Part shown: positions 1 through 12,421 of the stretch, piece after piece
Layout of the letters: each line of letters starts with the position of its first letter
Position numbering within the stretch: position 1 is the stretch's first letter
Assembly (NCBI RefSeq): GCF_000142905.1
Contig: NW_013657626.1
Location: forward strand, 186,001 to 250,000
Length of the DNA: 64,000 bases
From: Thecamonas trahens ATCC 50062
Taxonomy: Eukaryota; Protista; Apusomonadida
Reading direction: 5' to 3'
Position numbers and translations under genes: made by a program
Notes under the pieces: model-generated
The model's database searches: none
What the model was told of the DNA's origin: nothing
What the model saw: only the letters and a program-made list of their open reading frames with translations

Positions 1-2935
1 CGAGCTTTGTCCGCAATCCGGCAACCGAGAACAGAACACCGGAGCCCTGGCAGTCGAGGGCAACGTGGTTGGCGCCGGCCGCGTCCTGCGGTGGGCCAAC
101 AAGCCGAACGGCGACGCCAGGCCGGATCGGGAGGCCGAGTGGGGCGCAGCCGGTGTAGCGGCCGGGTGGGAGGAGGAGCTCGGTCCAGGTTGCAGACGGC
201 GGGAGCTGAGCAAGCGCAGCAGCGATACAGTCGACGGTGTAGCCGCAGGTGGCCACGTCGACGGCAGCGACAGAGCCGCGGAGAATGGCTGATGAGCCAA
301 AGCGGGTCGAAGCGCGAGCAAGGCCACCTGTCGCGTCGGAAAACACCAGGTCGATGACGCCGTCAGCGTCGGCGTCGACAGGAAAGGCGCTGACTGCTGG
401 GACGCCGGTAAAGTCAACCAACTTTGCGGGCAATGCCAGTTCAAACTTGCCCACGGCGCTGATCTTGCCGAGTGCTACGTTGAAGCCTGTGCCCGAGTTG
501 CCGTCGAGGCCAGTGATGTCGGTGACGCCGTCGCCGTTGGCGTCGACGAGCCGAATCGATGAGCCGAATCGACCTTGGTCTCCGGCCTGGGTGGCAAACA
601 AGCGCGGCTGGGGTGCGGGACCGGCCGAGGCGCCGGGAAGCGGAAGCTCGCATGCCCAGTATTGGTTCTTGGCCGCCTCGACATTGAATATGAGGTTGAC
701 AGCGGACGCCGATGGGGTGCCGTCGGCGCCAAGCGGCGACGAGTTGACCAACAGCAGACCGTGTGTGAGTGCGGTGAGCCGCATGCCGAGCGTCGACGAG
801 GTGTTGCAAAGAAACGGTGTGGCGAGCGCAGTGGCACCATAGGTGGCTTCGCCGTGAACTGCGGGATCGGCGAGGAAGACAAAGAGCGCCGAGGTAGTCA
901 CAAGATCGCCCGAGGTGAAGACAATGTCCATGCGGGAGTCGGCGTTGACATCAAGAACTGTCATGAAATGGTCGTTGGGCTTGAAGCTCGTCGACGGAGT
1001 CGGATAGTCTGCACCAAAGCGGGCGGCAAAGACCGAGTAGTCGCCGGCGTTGTCTTCGTTGCGGATCCAGTAGAGGTATTCGGCGTTGGTGATGATGATA
1101 TCGTAGCCGGCACCGTCACCGACAACGTCGGCAAGCATGATATGCTCGGCGGCAGCGGTGAGGACGCCGGGAAGCGAGGGCGGGACGGTGATGTAGGTCG
1201 GCTGGCGAGCGGCAGCAGGCGTGGCGGCGAGCGCGTCCGCGGCCTTGATGTAGGCAAAGGTAGACGGCGAGCCAGTGAGGGTAAAGACAATGTCGGCCGC
1301 GCCGTCGGCATCAATGGCGCCGACGGCGGTCTTGGCCACATTGGCAGTCCTTTCGAGCTCAAAGGTTGGCGAGGTGAGGATCGAGTCCGGCGTGGCCGCG
1401 GCCCAGCCGGCGACAAAGACGACACGGCCGAGGAAAAACGCCCAGCCGTCAGGGTAGCCGTCACGGTTGACGTCGAGGGGGCCAACAAAGACCGGGTTAC
1501 GGAACTTGTTGAACTCGATAAGGTTGACGGTCGGCGGCTTGTACACCGGAAAGAGGGGAGCCTCGGGAGACGAAACCGGCGGTGCGGTGAGGAGAGCAAT
1601 GTGACTGTAGGAGCTCACGTCGGTGACAAAGATCTCCGGGCCTGCGCCTCTGGCGGCGCCGACGGCAAAGGTGTCAATAACAAACTCTGGCGTGAGTGAC
1701 TGAGCCGTGATCAAGGTAAACTGACGGAGGCCAGCCGAGGCGTCGATGGGACCCGACAGGAGGACGATGACGTTTTTGGCGAGGGCGATGAGGTCCGCAG
1801 CGCCGTTGCCGTCGACGTCTACTGCAGAAAAGGCAGACCAGCCTGTGTTGAGCTTGATGGGCAGCCGAGCAAGGATGGCGCCTTGGCTCTGAGCCACGTA
1901 GCCGTAGGTGTAGTTGATGCCACCCGACTCGATGGGAGTAGCGGCGCGGGCAACGTACACCATGCCGGCGAGCGCGACGCTCTTGGGCGCCGACGTGACA
2001 TAGACAAGGTCGTCGAGGCCATCACCGTTGACGTCAAGCTCAACCGGCGGAAGCTCGGAGGTGCTGATGAGGTTGTCGCGGATGTTGAAGATGTCGGCCT
2101 GAAGTGGTGGATTCGAGCCGTAGATGTCAGCAGGCGCGATGAGCTCGCGAACGGGGTCAAAGGTGAGGCCGGCCCGTCCGGCAGCGACCCACGGCCGGTT
2201 CACGGCTTCGTCCTTGCAGCTGAGGTCTGGAAATGAGTTGTCACCCACAAAGTGACCGATGACAAGCGAGGTGGAGCAGAAGCGGAGGATGTCGTCGTCG
2301 GCGATAAAAGTGTTGAGGGGCGAGAAGGTCTCCCCAAGGCCGTCAAGGTTGAGATAGGCCCCCAGAGTAAGAGGCACACGCTTGAGGAGGGCAATGATAT
2401 CGAGGTCAAGGTCGCCGTCGATGTCGTAGAGCCAGACGCCCAAGATCGCGTCGTCGTTGACGGTAGTAGTGACGTTGCGGTGCTCGGAGCGGATGATGAC
2501 CTTGGAGAAGGCGCCGTCGTTGGTACCAAACACGATCTCGTCGTACCCGTCAACGTCCAGATCACCGACAGCAAGCTGCTGCTGCTCGACTGGAGGCGGC
2601 GGGCCGGAAAGGCCAAACAACGGGCCAGCCTCGATGACAAAGCCCTCGAGGCGTGACGGGCCTGGAGCGTGGCACGAGGCGAACAAGTCGCGGTCGGGTG
2701 CGGACTCGCGAACCCAGACAGCACAATGGTAGGAGGGCGAGAACTGATGGGTTCCACCGATTTTAGCAGCCACCAACGTGCTCCCCGTGTACTGCGAGTT
2801 GACCACGTTGGTCACAATGGGCGTGGCCACGGGTGATGGTGGGGAAGGCGGCGGGCAGTTTGCGGCACGTGCACCGTTGCAAAGCAGAGCGAACAAACAA
2901 ACCGTTTCGACCAGAGCCAGCCTGAGAGTGAAGAG
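1..2935 (-). CDS. Secreted or surface FG-GAP (integrin-alpha-like/VCBS) repeat protein, partial; runs off the window start, start codon near or inside the gap at ~2970
   Basis: Manual minus-strand translation; absent from the ORF track, apparently because no stop lies in the window. Hydrophobic leader LALVETVCLFALLCNGARA, then Ca-binding FG-GAP motifs GDLDVDGYDEIVFG, YDIDGDLDLDIIA, VDANGDGVTDI and VDADADGVIDLVF. Confidence 0.75.
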
Positions 2936-3322
2936 GGGAGGGGGAGGGGTTAGTGTGGCAGAGAAGAANNNNNNNNNNNNNNNNNNNNNNNNNNNNNNNN
3001 NNNNNNNNNNNNNNNNNNNNNNNNNNNNNNNNNNNNNNNNNNNNNNNNNNNNNNNNNNNNNNNNNNNNTTTTACTGGGGGGGGGGGGGGGGGGGAGTGGG
3101 GGGCTTGTGGCTTGTGGGTAGTTGCGGGGAAGGGGGGGAAGGACGCACCTGGAAATGGTCATGGCAGAAGCAGTTTTTCTTTCGGCTGTTGGCGTGGAGT
3201 GTCCGTGTTTTTCTCGGCGGAGAGTGCACTGCCGCTTTCTACCTACCTTCCTTCTCCTCCCTCCTCCGCTCTTCCAGCCAGCGCTCAACTGGGGGCGTGG
3301 CAGGGTCAATCTGACTGTGTTG

Positions 3323-4402
3323 TCAGTGTGTGGTGGAGTGCATCGAGGGCATGGGCGGGGGCGGAGGTGACTCGAGGCGTGGAAGGAGCGAGGCAAAGGC
3401 GTTCAGCCATGCATCCGGGTCCTCGACCATGGCAAAGTGGCCGAGGTCGGGTAGCCAGACAAAGCCAGCTTGGGAAAGGTCAGCCTCGATGGCGGCGCCC
3501 ATGGCGGGCGGTGCGACGGTGTCCCTGGCGCCCCAGATGAAGCCGAGCGGGATGTCGGTGGCGCGGAGCGCGGCCATCCAACGGGATTCGCCGTGCTTGA
3601 ACCGCTGGTCAATGTAGCCGATGAGAGCCGGGAGCCGCCACGCGCCGTCGTGGTACAGCAGGCTCGCCCACATGGCGTCGATGTCAGCCGAGGTGAGGAG
3701 TTCAGACGAGATCGAGCGGATTTGTCGTGAGAAGATGGCGTAGTTGGAGAGCCGCACAAAGGCATCGCCCACGAGCGGGAGCCGCAGCAGAACCTGTGAG
3801 AAGCGGAATGAAGCCATGTCGATCTTCATGCCGCCGTTGTTAAAGACCACAAAGGCGATGTCGAGGCCGACGGCGTGCGGCGCGCCGTCAGCTGCACTCG
3901 CCACCATCTCCTCGCACACGCTGTCGCCCATGTCGTGGCAGACAAGGCCGGCCGAGGTCACGCCGTAGTGTGCAGCGACAGCAAATACCACCTTGGCCTG
4001 ATCAAAGAGCGAGTATGCGTAGTCTGCCGGGAGCGGCTTGTCCGAGAGGCCGTAGCCAGGCAGATCCAGGACGATAACGTTGCGGTCTGCCGAGAGCCGG
4101 CCGGCCACCCCATGCCAATCGTAAGATGACGTGGGGAAGCCATGGACAAGAACAAGCGGGAGACCACACTGTCGACGGCCGATCTTTTGGCACTCGAACA
4201 GGATGGTGAAAACGTCGAGCGTGACTCCGGCGACCGAGATGGGGAGAGACGTCGCCCCAGGTAAGCCCGCCCACTCTTGCAGCGGGAGTGGGAGCATGTC
4301 GACCGACGACGGGAGCGAAGCAAAGGGCGAGGGCGGTGAGAGGAGAGCAGCGAGGATGAGGGCGAGCACTGCGACTGCAGTTGAGGCAGCGAGGGGATGC
4401 AT
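3323..4402 (-). CDS. MEST/PEG1-like alpha/beta hydrolase (epoxide hydrolase family) with N-terminal signal or anchor
   Basis: HGFPTSSYDW, DLPGYGLSDKP, nucleophile elbow CHDMGDS and C-terminal LGHF; ATG at 4402 precedes a hydrophobic segment. Confidence 0.8.
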   Translation of the reverse strand: MHPLAASTAVAVLALILAALLSPPSPFASLPSSVDMLPLPLQEWAGLPGATSLPISVAGVTLDVFTILFECQKIGRRQCGLPLVLVHGFPTSSYDWHGVAGRLSADRNVIVLDLPGYGLSDKPLPADYAYSLFDQAKVVFAVAAHYGVTSAGLVCHDMGDSVCEEMVASAADGAPHAVGLDIAFVVFNNGGMKIDMASFRFSQVLLRLPLVGDAFVRLSNYAIFSRQIRSISSELLTSADIDAMWASLLYHDGAWRLPALIGYIDQRFKHGESRWMAALRATDIPLGFIWGARDTVAPPAMGAAIEADLSQAGFVWLPDLGHFAMVEDPDAWLNAFASLLPRLESPPPPPMPSMHSTTH

Positions 4403-4784
4403 GTGGGTCGTGGGTGGGTGGGCGGGGTGAGGAGAGGTGACGACGGGAGAGGTGAGGGCGGCGATGATCAAGCCAATCCGCGGGGGGAGATGAAGGCGGA
4501 TGATGATGATGATGATGAGGCATTATGATGATGGTAGTCGTCATCCGGCTGCATCCGCCTCCATCTGGATGCGCGTCCCATTCTGACCCACATCCATTTG
4601 CAGGTCATCGCTGCAGCAGTGTTTCGCCGACCTGAACACTTCGCCAAGCGGAGCAACCCGCCTAACTGGCCCCGGACCCGGACGTCAGACAAGACTTGTC
4701 CACACGGCTAGGAGTGTGTGTGTGCGCGCGTGTGTGTCTTTGTCTCTGTCTTTGTCTCTCTACGCAAGGAACACCCGAGTGTGA

Positions 4785-6476
4785 ATGATTTGCTGGAGCT
4801 GGAAGACCGGCTGGTGGGTGGTGGTGGCGGCGGTGGCGTTGGCGGCGTCCGTGGCTTTGGCTCAAGACGATGGCGGCCTCGTTGTGGATGACTTTGAAGC
4901 CGCAGGGGGCTTTGACGACGATTCCGGTGGGATGAATGGACTAGGGATGTGGGCGGATGTTGCTGACTCGGAAGAGTACAACGACGAGCGGATGAGTGAC
5001 GAAGATCACGCACTGTATGAGTATGTGCTCCAGATGGCAAACGAGGCTGAGGCTATGACCGATGACGAGCTGATGGAGCACGATGAGGAGACGGCCGACA
5101 TGTACATTGCGGCGGCGATTTCGGTGGCATCCCAGAAGGAGGATGGTGCAAGCAAGCTGTTTACCATTGCTTTGTTCACTGCATTTGTGGAGGAGGCCGA
5201 CAAGTCCCGTGCCAAGTTGGGCGAGCTTGGCGAGTCCAGTCCGGACGACTGGCTCGATGGGGAGGAGAGCGACGGAAGCGACGAAAGCTACGACGACGGC
5301 GAGGACGACGAGGACGACGAGGACGGGGACATGAAGGACGGCGATGACAACCGTTTTCCCGAGTTCGAGGCCGAGGTGGCAGCAGCGCTGAGCGACGCCG
5401 CGCCGAGGTCGGAGCTGGTGCCGGACGACTGGAAGATCGGGTTCTCATTTGTGCCTGCAGGGCACGATGTTTACGAGTCAACCCATGGCCCGCTCTCGGA
5501 GGCGGTTGCCCTCTGTGCGGCGTTGGACAAGTGCCAGGCGATCACCTTTGAGTTTGATCATGGCGCTGTGACCGAAAAGCTCCTCTCGCGGGCTGCCATC
5601 ATCGCGCTGCGGACGCCGGTCTACCCGGTGAGCACCGAGCTGGTGGACGCACTCGGCGTCACACCTGAGACCGTAGTCCACGCCCACTACAAGGGCGCGG
5701 GATGCACCATCACACCGTACGCAGAGGGCTGGATCACGATGGTGAGCGGGGAGTGGGAGCGGCCAGGCGAGGGCGTGATGGCGGAAGACACCGAGGTGTA
5801 CGCCCACATCTCGGTGGAGCAGGTCTTGCAGGAGCTTGCGGCGTCGGACGAGTTTGAGGCGACGCTGCTGCACTCGGATCCCGCGGTGGTGCTCCTGGAG
5901 GACTTTCTTTCGCCGTCTGAGGTGGCGCACCTGGTGAGCAAGGCTGAAGGCATCGGATTCTCGCGGTCGCTCACGCTCAACTATGACAACCCGAACAAGG
6001 AGCAGGCGTCCGATTATCGGACGTCGGTCACGGCACACTGCGACGAAGATTGCACCGCCGACGAGGTGGTGGCTCGGGTACTGGCGCGGTGCGCACGAGC
6101 GACGCAGACGCATCTCAACAACTCGGAGCCGCTGCAGTTTACAAAGTACGACTTTGAGGGCTCCGAGTTCCGAGTCCACTCGGACTTTATCGAACGCCAC
6201 CTCGAGTCGCCGTGCGGCGGACGGATCTTCACGATCTTCATATACCTGCTCGAGCCCGACGCCGGCGGGCACACCGAGTTCCCGGTCCTCGGCCTCTCGG
6301 TCCCGCCCAAGGCCGGCTCGGCGGTGGTTTGGGCCAACGTGCTGCCGGACGTCGACGCTGAGAACCCGCGGACTCACCACGCCGGCGGGCCGGTTGAGGC
6401 CGGCGTCAAAATGGGCGCCAACCTTTGGATCCACCGTGGCGACTTTCGCCTGGCCTACGAGCTCGGTCTCGGTTAG
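4785..6476 (+). CDS. Prolyl 4-hydroxylase-like 2OG-Fe(II) dioxygenase with signal peptide and acidic N-terminal region
   Basis: DFLSPSEVAHL, RTS, EPLQFTKY, HxD motif (VHSDF), GGHTEFP, PKAGSAVVW, THHAGGPV..GVK..ANLWIH. Confidence 0.85.
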   Translation: MICWSWKTGWWVVVAAVALAASVALAQDDGGLVVDDFEAAGGFDDDSGGMNGLGMWADVADSEEYNDERMSDEDHALYEYVLQMANEAEAMTDDELMEHDEETADMYIAAAISVASQKEDGASKLFTIALFTAFVEEADKSRAKLGELGESSPDDWLDGEESDGSDESYDDGEDDEDDEDGDMKDGDDNRFPEFEAEVAAALSDAAPRSELVPDDWKIGFSFVPAGHDVYESTHGPLSEAVALCAALDKCQAITFEFDHGAVTEKLLSRAAIIALRTPVYPVSTELVDALGVTPETVVHAHYKGAGCTITPYAEGWITMVSGEWERPGEGVMAEDTEVYAHISVEQVLQELAASDEFEATLLHSDPAVVLLEDFLSPSEVAHLVSKAEGIGFSRSLTLNYDNPNKEQASDYRTSVTAHCDEDCTADEVVARVLARCARATQTHLNNSEPLQFTKYDFEGSEFRVHSDFIERHLESPCGGRIFTIFIYLLEPDAGGHTEFPVLGLSVPPKAGSAVVWANVLPDVDAENPRTHHAGGPVEAGVKMGANLWIHRGDFRLAYELGLG

Positions 6477-6478
6477 GC

Positions 6479-7522
6479 CTACGACTGCAGCTTGAGCTCG
6501 CCTAGCGCGAGCACGCGCGCAAACTCGTTCTCGGTAAACGACAGTGCCTTGGCGGCTTCGATATGCAGCTTCTGGCGCTTGAGTAGATCGATGAGCTTAA
6601 CCTGCTTCTTAAAGGCAGCCAGGAGCTCGGTGCGCTGCTTGGAGAGCCGCTTGATGGACGCGTCGCGGTCGGCGAGCTCGCGGCGGAACTTGGCGGCGTC
6701 GTCGCGGGCGGCAGCCTGCGCCTCTGCCAGCTCCGCCTTGACCTTTTCCGCCTCTTCTAGCGCCCGATTGAGCCGGACGTCGGCCGATGTGGCCTTGCTC
6801 GCCCGTGCCCGCGAGTCGGCCACCGTCTTGTCGAGCTCGGACTGCAGCGAGCTGGCCTTGAGCGCGTGGGCGTGGGCCTTGCGACGCGCCTCCTCTGCCA
6901 CCTTTTGCGCCTTTGTCGCCGCAGTCTTGAGCGCCTGCTCGGCACGAGCGGCGCGGCGGTTCTCGTCGAGCGCAGTCTTGAGTTCGGCTTCGGATTCGGC
7001 GAGCATGCGATCCTTGTCGGCCGACTCGGCCATGACGCTCTCCAGCCGCTGCTGCATCGCCTGCAGCTCACGGGTGAGGACCGAGACCTGGGCCATGGCA
7101 GCCGCGGCCGAGCCGGGCGAGCTCCCGCTGCTGGTCCGCGGGTGCGGCGACCCGCTGCTCTGCGGCGGCGACATGGCCAGCGAGTGCCTCATCGACGCAA
7201 GGGTCGACGACGCCGGTGATCCAGGCGTGGCAGTGGCAAACACGGCGCCGGTAGTCGGCCGAGCCGCCGTCCGCAGCGGCGTCCGACCCCGAGGCGGAGT
7301 AGCAGGCACAGTAAGCACAGGCTGCTCCGGTGCCGCCTCCGGTGCCGCCATCGGAGCCTCGGGCTGGGGCAGCGGCTCCAAAGCCGGACCGGCCATCCGC
7401 TGAAAGTACGCCTCCTGCTCCTGCAGCACCTGCGCCGCATGGCTCTCGGCCCTGCTCTTGCGGGCGTCGAGTTGTTCATTCAGCTGCCGCAGCTTGCGCT
7501 CCCTCTCCAGAAGCCTGTCCAT
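6479..7522 (-). CDS. TEX9: TEX9-like coiled-coil protein (ciliary or centriolar)
   Basis: C-terminus KQRTELLAAFKKQVKLIDLLKRQKLHIEAAKALSFTENEF matches the conserved TEX9 tail; ATG at 7522. Confidence 0.8.
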   Translation of the reverse strand: MDRLLERERKLRQLNEQLDARKSRAESHAAQVLQEQEAYFQRMAGPALEPLPQPEAPMAAPEAAPEQPVLTVPATPPRGRTPLRTAARPTTGAVFATATPGSPASSTLASMRHSLAMSPPQSSGSPHPRTSSGSSPGSAAAAMAQVSVLTRELQAMQQRLESVMAESADKDRMLAESEAELKTALDENRRAARAEQALKTAATKAQKVAEEARRKAHAHALKASSLQSELDKTVADSRARASKATSADVRLNRALEEAEKVKAELAEAQAAARDDAAKFRRELADRDASIKRLSKQRTELLAAFKKQVKLIDLLKRQKLHIEAAKALSFTENEFARVLALGELKLQS

Positions 7523-7527
7523 CACGA

Positions 7528-7620
7528 AGGGGTGGGGAGGGGTGGGGTGGTGTAGGGGTGGGGTGGTGTAGGGGTGGGGTGGTGTAGGGGTGGGGTGGGG
7601 TGGGATAGGGGGCGGGGGGC
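7528..7620. repeat. G-rich tandem repeat (GGGGTGGTGTA-type) upstream of TEX9
   Basis: Visible repeated GGGGT and GGTGTAGGGG units. Confidence 0.7.
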
Positions 7621-7778
7621 AGTCAGTGGCGCCAAATCAGAGTCAGTCGTCCGGTGGCGGCGAATGAGCGGCGAGTGGTCGCTGGGTGGCGGCCGGTGGC
7701 GGTCAGGCAGGGTCGGGCCAAACACGCCAGGACACAGGAGAGGGAGGGGAGGGGGATGGCCCCCATTACGCACCACTG

Positions 7779-7816
7779 CTCTCTCTCTCTCTCTCTCTTT
7801 CTCTCTTTCTCTCTTT
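7779..7816. repeat. (CT)n microsatellite
   Basis: Direct observation. Confidence 0.9.
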
Positions 7817-7877
7817 CCTCGTCCACCGTCCGCACACCCATACACACACCCCTCCCCATTCATTTAGGGCGCACGCC

Positions 7878-10800
7878 ATGGATGCCCTCGTGGAGGCCTG
7901 TATCTCTGAGCTCGCACTTTGCCCAGAGCCAGAGGTTCCGCTCCAGGCCCTGGTGAGCCGTGTCGGCGACCGCTGGCCGTACACTGCCGACGACGCCGTG
8001 GCATCGATCCTTGCTGCGCGGCTACAGGGCCATGCGCAGGTGGTGTGGCGAAAGGAGAGCGATGCGTATGCACTCGATCCGACTGTGCTGAAAGAGCTGC
8101 TCGGCCTGCCGCCGTCGGTCAAGCTCTCGGCGACCAAGAAGGCCGTCCTTGTGGCTGTCGCCAGGAGACGAGCCGCAGGCATCTCCGCCATCGAGCTCGC
8201 TCGTGTCTCAGGACTCACCCCCAAGCAAATCTTCTACCAGATCAAGACACTCGCCGCCATGGGTGCCGTCGTCCGCGTACCCATCTTTGACTGCCCGTCG
8301 CCTGACGCGCCACCAGATGCACGTATCCTCAACACCTCACTCATTGTGCTCGCAAAGTGCGCACCGGACTCGCTCGTCGACCTCCACAGCCCGCAGGCTG
8401 GCATTGTTGTCCACGACGTTCTCTACGACGTTGGATGCGAGGTTCTTCACCGCACCGAGAACAGCATCATGCCGCAGAAGCAGGTCATCGGCGCCATCAC
8501 AGACTCGCTCGCCCACCACGTCACGCTCTCGACCCGCACCAAACGCGAAATCATCGCACGTATGGCCGAGGCCGGCTACATCACCCGGTTCCTGGCGCGT
8601 GTCGTCAACACAGCCGATGCGGCGTCAGACTCGGGATCAGACTCGGGAGCCAATGACGACGACGCCGCCGCAAGCGGTGGTGGTCCTGGCAGCAACAGGG
8701 GCTCCGCCAGTTCGGCCCACTCGCAGTTGCCCGCAAGGTGGCGGCCGTGTGTGCAGCTGGTGCGCCGGCCAGACCTGTCGCTGGCGGCGGCGCTGGCGAG
8801 GGATGCGGCAGCACGCGACTCGAGCGCTGCTGGTGGCGACGACGAAAACAGCAACAGCGACAACGATGCTATCGGCTCCGACAACGAGGGCGGCGCTGAG
8901 GGCGTCGAGAGTGCACCTCTCGCTCAAGCTACCGATCTCGTCACCCTCGACGTTCCCATTCTCGAGGCCATGTTTCGGTACATCCAGAAGGCCGGGACCG
9001 ATGGCGTGCTGCGGACCGACCTCCGGCAGTTTGCGGCCGGCAACCACCGCCGAGAAGACAAGTACTTTGCGGTCCTCCGTGAGCAATACGGAGTGGTTGC
9101 CGTCTCAGTCTTTGCCGGGCGCAAGCACCACCTGCGGGTCTTTGCCTCGGCAGACGTCGAGGCTGCCGCCGTCGCCTCGATGGACATTGCTGACCAGCTT
9201 CTTGAAGGTCGCAGCGACCCGAACGAGGGCAAGGCCTTCCACACCTACGGAGAGGCACAGCTGCTGCTCGAGGCGGCGCCGGTCCGCGCCGATGATCGTG
9301 CCGAACGGCCGGGCCACGTCTTCCTCCAGCGGCAGGCTGCCGTCATCGAGTGGCTGCAGCAGACGCCGATTGTGGCCCGCGGCGACAGCGAGTTCCGTGC
9401 TCGGCTCTCGGCGCTCGGCCTTGGAAGCTCGAGCATGATTGCACAGCGGACTATCAAGCTCCTGCTCACTGACCTGGCCTCGCGTGGCCTTATCCGCCTA
9501 GGCGTTCTTCGCTGGCCACTCACCAGCTCATCTGGCCTCGGCTGGCGGAATGTCGGCGTCGCTGTCGCGCCAGACGCCGACTTGGAGAGCCCAGACTTTG
9601 CCGGTGCTGTCGAAGCTGTGGTTTCCAGCGTTCAGAGCTTCTCTAGTGTCCGACAGGCCGCCAAAGACGGCGAGCTTCCGCGACGGCACGACGTCATTGT
9701 CGACGCAGGACAGGGCATCATCCGGTCGGCGGACATTCGTCGTATCCGGGCCCTGATGTTCAAGCGAAGCTCGGTTCTTCGCCGTGAGCTCACCGCGCTT
9801 GCATACGGCTGGGTGGCCGACACCGAACTGAGGGCGTGGATGCTGTGTGCCAAGTTGGTAGCGGCAGCCGACAGAGCGGGCTCGCCAGGCACTGTCAACT
9901 GGCGCGAGGCCGTCGAGGAGCTCACAGTCCTCCAGTTCCTGCAGCTCTTCCCGCAGCCGCGCCCACTGGCGGGCCTGGTCGGGGTTCTCTGCAAGGCGCC
10001 GGATGCGCCGCGGCTTGTCGCCGACCTTCCGCTCGCGCTGCGGCTCGAGATGGGCGTCGACAAAAAGGTTGAAGCTCACGGCAGCGCACTCATTCACGTC
10101 CTCGAGCGCTCTGGGCACGTATCGTATGCGGGTGACAAAGGCCAGGACCTCATCCAGCTCACGCCCGAAGCGAAAACCGAGGCCAACGCCCGGATCCACG
10201 CTCTGCGCAAGTGGGTCGGCTCGGCACAGCTCGACTCGGCGCGCAAGTCGTTCCGCGACACGCTCGAGCAGTGCCTCTCGACCGGCCTCGAGACTGCCAC
10301 TGTCGACACGGTTGTTTTCGGCTCTGTCACGCCACCCACCCGATGATTGTCGACTCGGTGGCAGTCATGTCGTGGCTCCGCATCAAGCTGCGGACCCGCG
10401 CCATCCGGCTCGGCCTCGACAAGCTACCGTGGGTGGCGCCTATGTCGTGGCAGGAGCTCGTGCGGCTCAAGCTGCGGACCATTGACCCGACCGATCCCGC
10501 CTCACTCAAGGCAGCTGCCACATTCCGCCCGTCGCGGGTCGGCCGCGAGCGCGACATTGCCGCCAACGACGCCGCGGCGCTGGCCGAGCGCGGTCTGCCG
10601 AGCGGAAAGAAGAGAAAGAAGCGACGCGGTCGCCGCGGCAAGCGCAAGGCGAAGCGTAGGGGCCGCAGGAGGGCAAAGCGGAAGCGAAGGAAGAGCGACG
10701 TAGACCACAGAGCCGCTGCCCACTTTCCGGGCCTGGGTGCGGTCGAAGTCGACCCGCTCTGGGCCCACCCCATCCAATCGCTCGGTGGCCTGCTGACAAG

Positions 10801-12421
10801 CGCCCAGCGGCGGGCGGCGGTCGCGCTCTATGTTGGCATGACCATGGTTCTCGACTCGTTTAGCTGGTCTCTCTTTCTGGAGCTTGTCGCTCACCACGGC
10901 GGTGACGCGATGGTGAGCGCCATCAACTCGCTCTCGATCTTTGAGCTGCGGCGCTGGATGGCGCTCGAGCTGACGATGCAAGACCAGGGCGTTCACTCGA
11001 TCACCGGCGTGGAAGCCGACGCGCTTGATCGCAGACTTGGTCTCTCTACTCAATGCGAGCCTGGCCACTGGCCGCTGTGGGTTCTGACCATGTCGGAGCG
11101 ACTGGCGGACGAGCTGCCTTTGCAGTCGGCGGTGATGGAGTGGCAGACCGGGACCGAAGCCAACATGCCAACGGTGGGCGAGATGCTGACGCGTGTTCCG
11201 GAGCAACTCACCTCGCTGTGGACTGCGTCGGTCGAGGTGGTGAGGGCAGTCATCCACGCCATGGTCGAGAGCGCCGCCGCCGCGCCGGACGTCGAGCGCG
11301 AGGCGCGCCTGGATCTGGGCCGAGGCGAGCAGTTTGACGAGCTCAAGACAAAGATTGTCCGCGATCTTGGTCGTGACAAGGTAGGCGCTGCACTGAACCA
11401 CCTGGTTTTCATGGAGGGATATGTCGGTGTCGAGCAAGGCGTGGACGCCAGTGGCGTTGACCTTTTGGACCACCTGTTTGTCGACGGCAAGTGTGGCCTG
11501 GTCTACGCACGGACGGTGCAGAGCCAACCGTTTGGCGTCGACTCGAGCTTTTACTTGTTTGCCGGTGCATGGCAGCAGACACTGGCAACGCTGCGTGCAC
11601 CGAGCGGGGCGAACAGCATCGAGCTGGTGTCTGAGGATGTACGCGCCGGTGAGCTCTGTGCTGTTGTGGAGGGCGTCATCGAAGGCGAGGTCAAGGTTGA
11701 GGTCGACACCTCGCGGATCCCACCTAACACGGTGCCGGACGGGGTGACCGCGAGTGTAGAGGTCCGGGTGTGGTCGGGCGAGGCGGGCCAGTCCGGCGGT
11801 CTGCCGCGGCCATCACCGACCGGCCTTGCGCTGGTCTACGGCTCGGCATCTGCCGACGGCGCCGGCGCAGGCTTTGCTCAGCTGCTGCGGGCCAAGATGA
11901 CCGAGCGGCGTGCAGAGCACGCAACAGGCACGAGGCGGACCTGGCCGCCCCACATGCTGGAAGCATCGACGGTACCCAAACATGCCTGGGACGCGCTAGC
12001 TGACGCGCTGGTGGCCTCACCGGTCGCGCTCTCGTTCGAGACTGCGCTGGTGGGTACAGCAGCCGTCGAGCCGGAGCTCAACTTTGCGCAGGCAGTCGAC
12101 GCGCTGGAGCGACTCGGTGAGACGACCCGGGTCATCATGCACGCCGACCTGTTGTTGGTGGCAGGAAGCCGGGCCGAGACGCAGGCGACGGGTGATGTGC
12201 TTGCGCCGCGGGTTGAGGACAGGCAACGGCTGCACTCGATCGTGCGGGCGCGGCCGCATATCGAGCTGCATGAACTGGCCAGGATCGCGACGCCTGTGTC
12301 TGCGGTGCCCGGCGTATGCATCGGATGGATTCACGCGCTGCTCGTCGACGGCACGCTCACCGCCCATGTTGCGGGCGAGCAGGTGTACCTCTTTGCGCCA
12401 TCGCTTCAACCGCTGGGATGA
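7878..12421 (+). CDS. GTF3C1: TFIIIC B-box-binding subunit (GTF3C1/Tau138-like), split by an apparent -1 frameshift at ~10315-10318
   Basis: N-terminus MDALVEACISELAL resembles the GTF3C1 start. B-block winged helix GISAIELARVSGLTPKQIFYQIKTL...NTSLIVL. One extra T at GTTTTCGG joins the 7686-10346 and 10211-12421 ORFs as VVFRLCHATHPM. Confidence 0.65.

Noticed and set aside
7627-7636. E2F-like site TTTGGCGC (minus strand) in the TEX9/GTF3C1 divergent promoter
   Set aside because: One 8-mer in GC-rich DNA is expected by chance.
10343-10346. ATGA stop/start overlap suggesting bacterial-style translational coupling
   Set aside because: A single missing T at 10315-10318 joins both ORFs into one GTF3C1-like protein.
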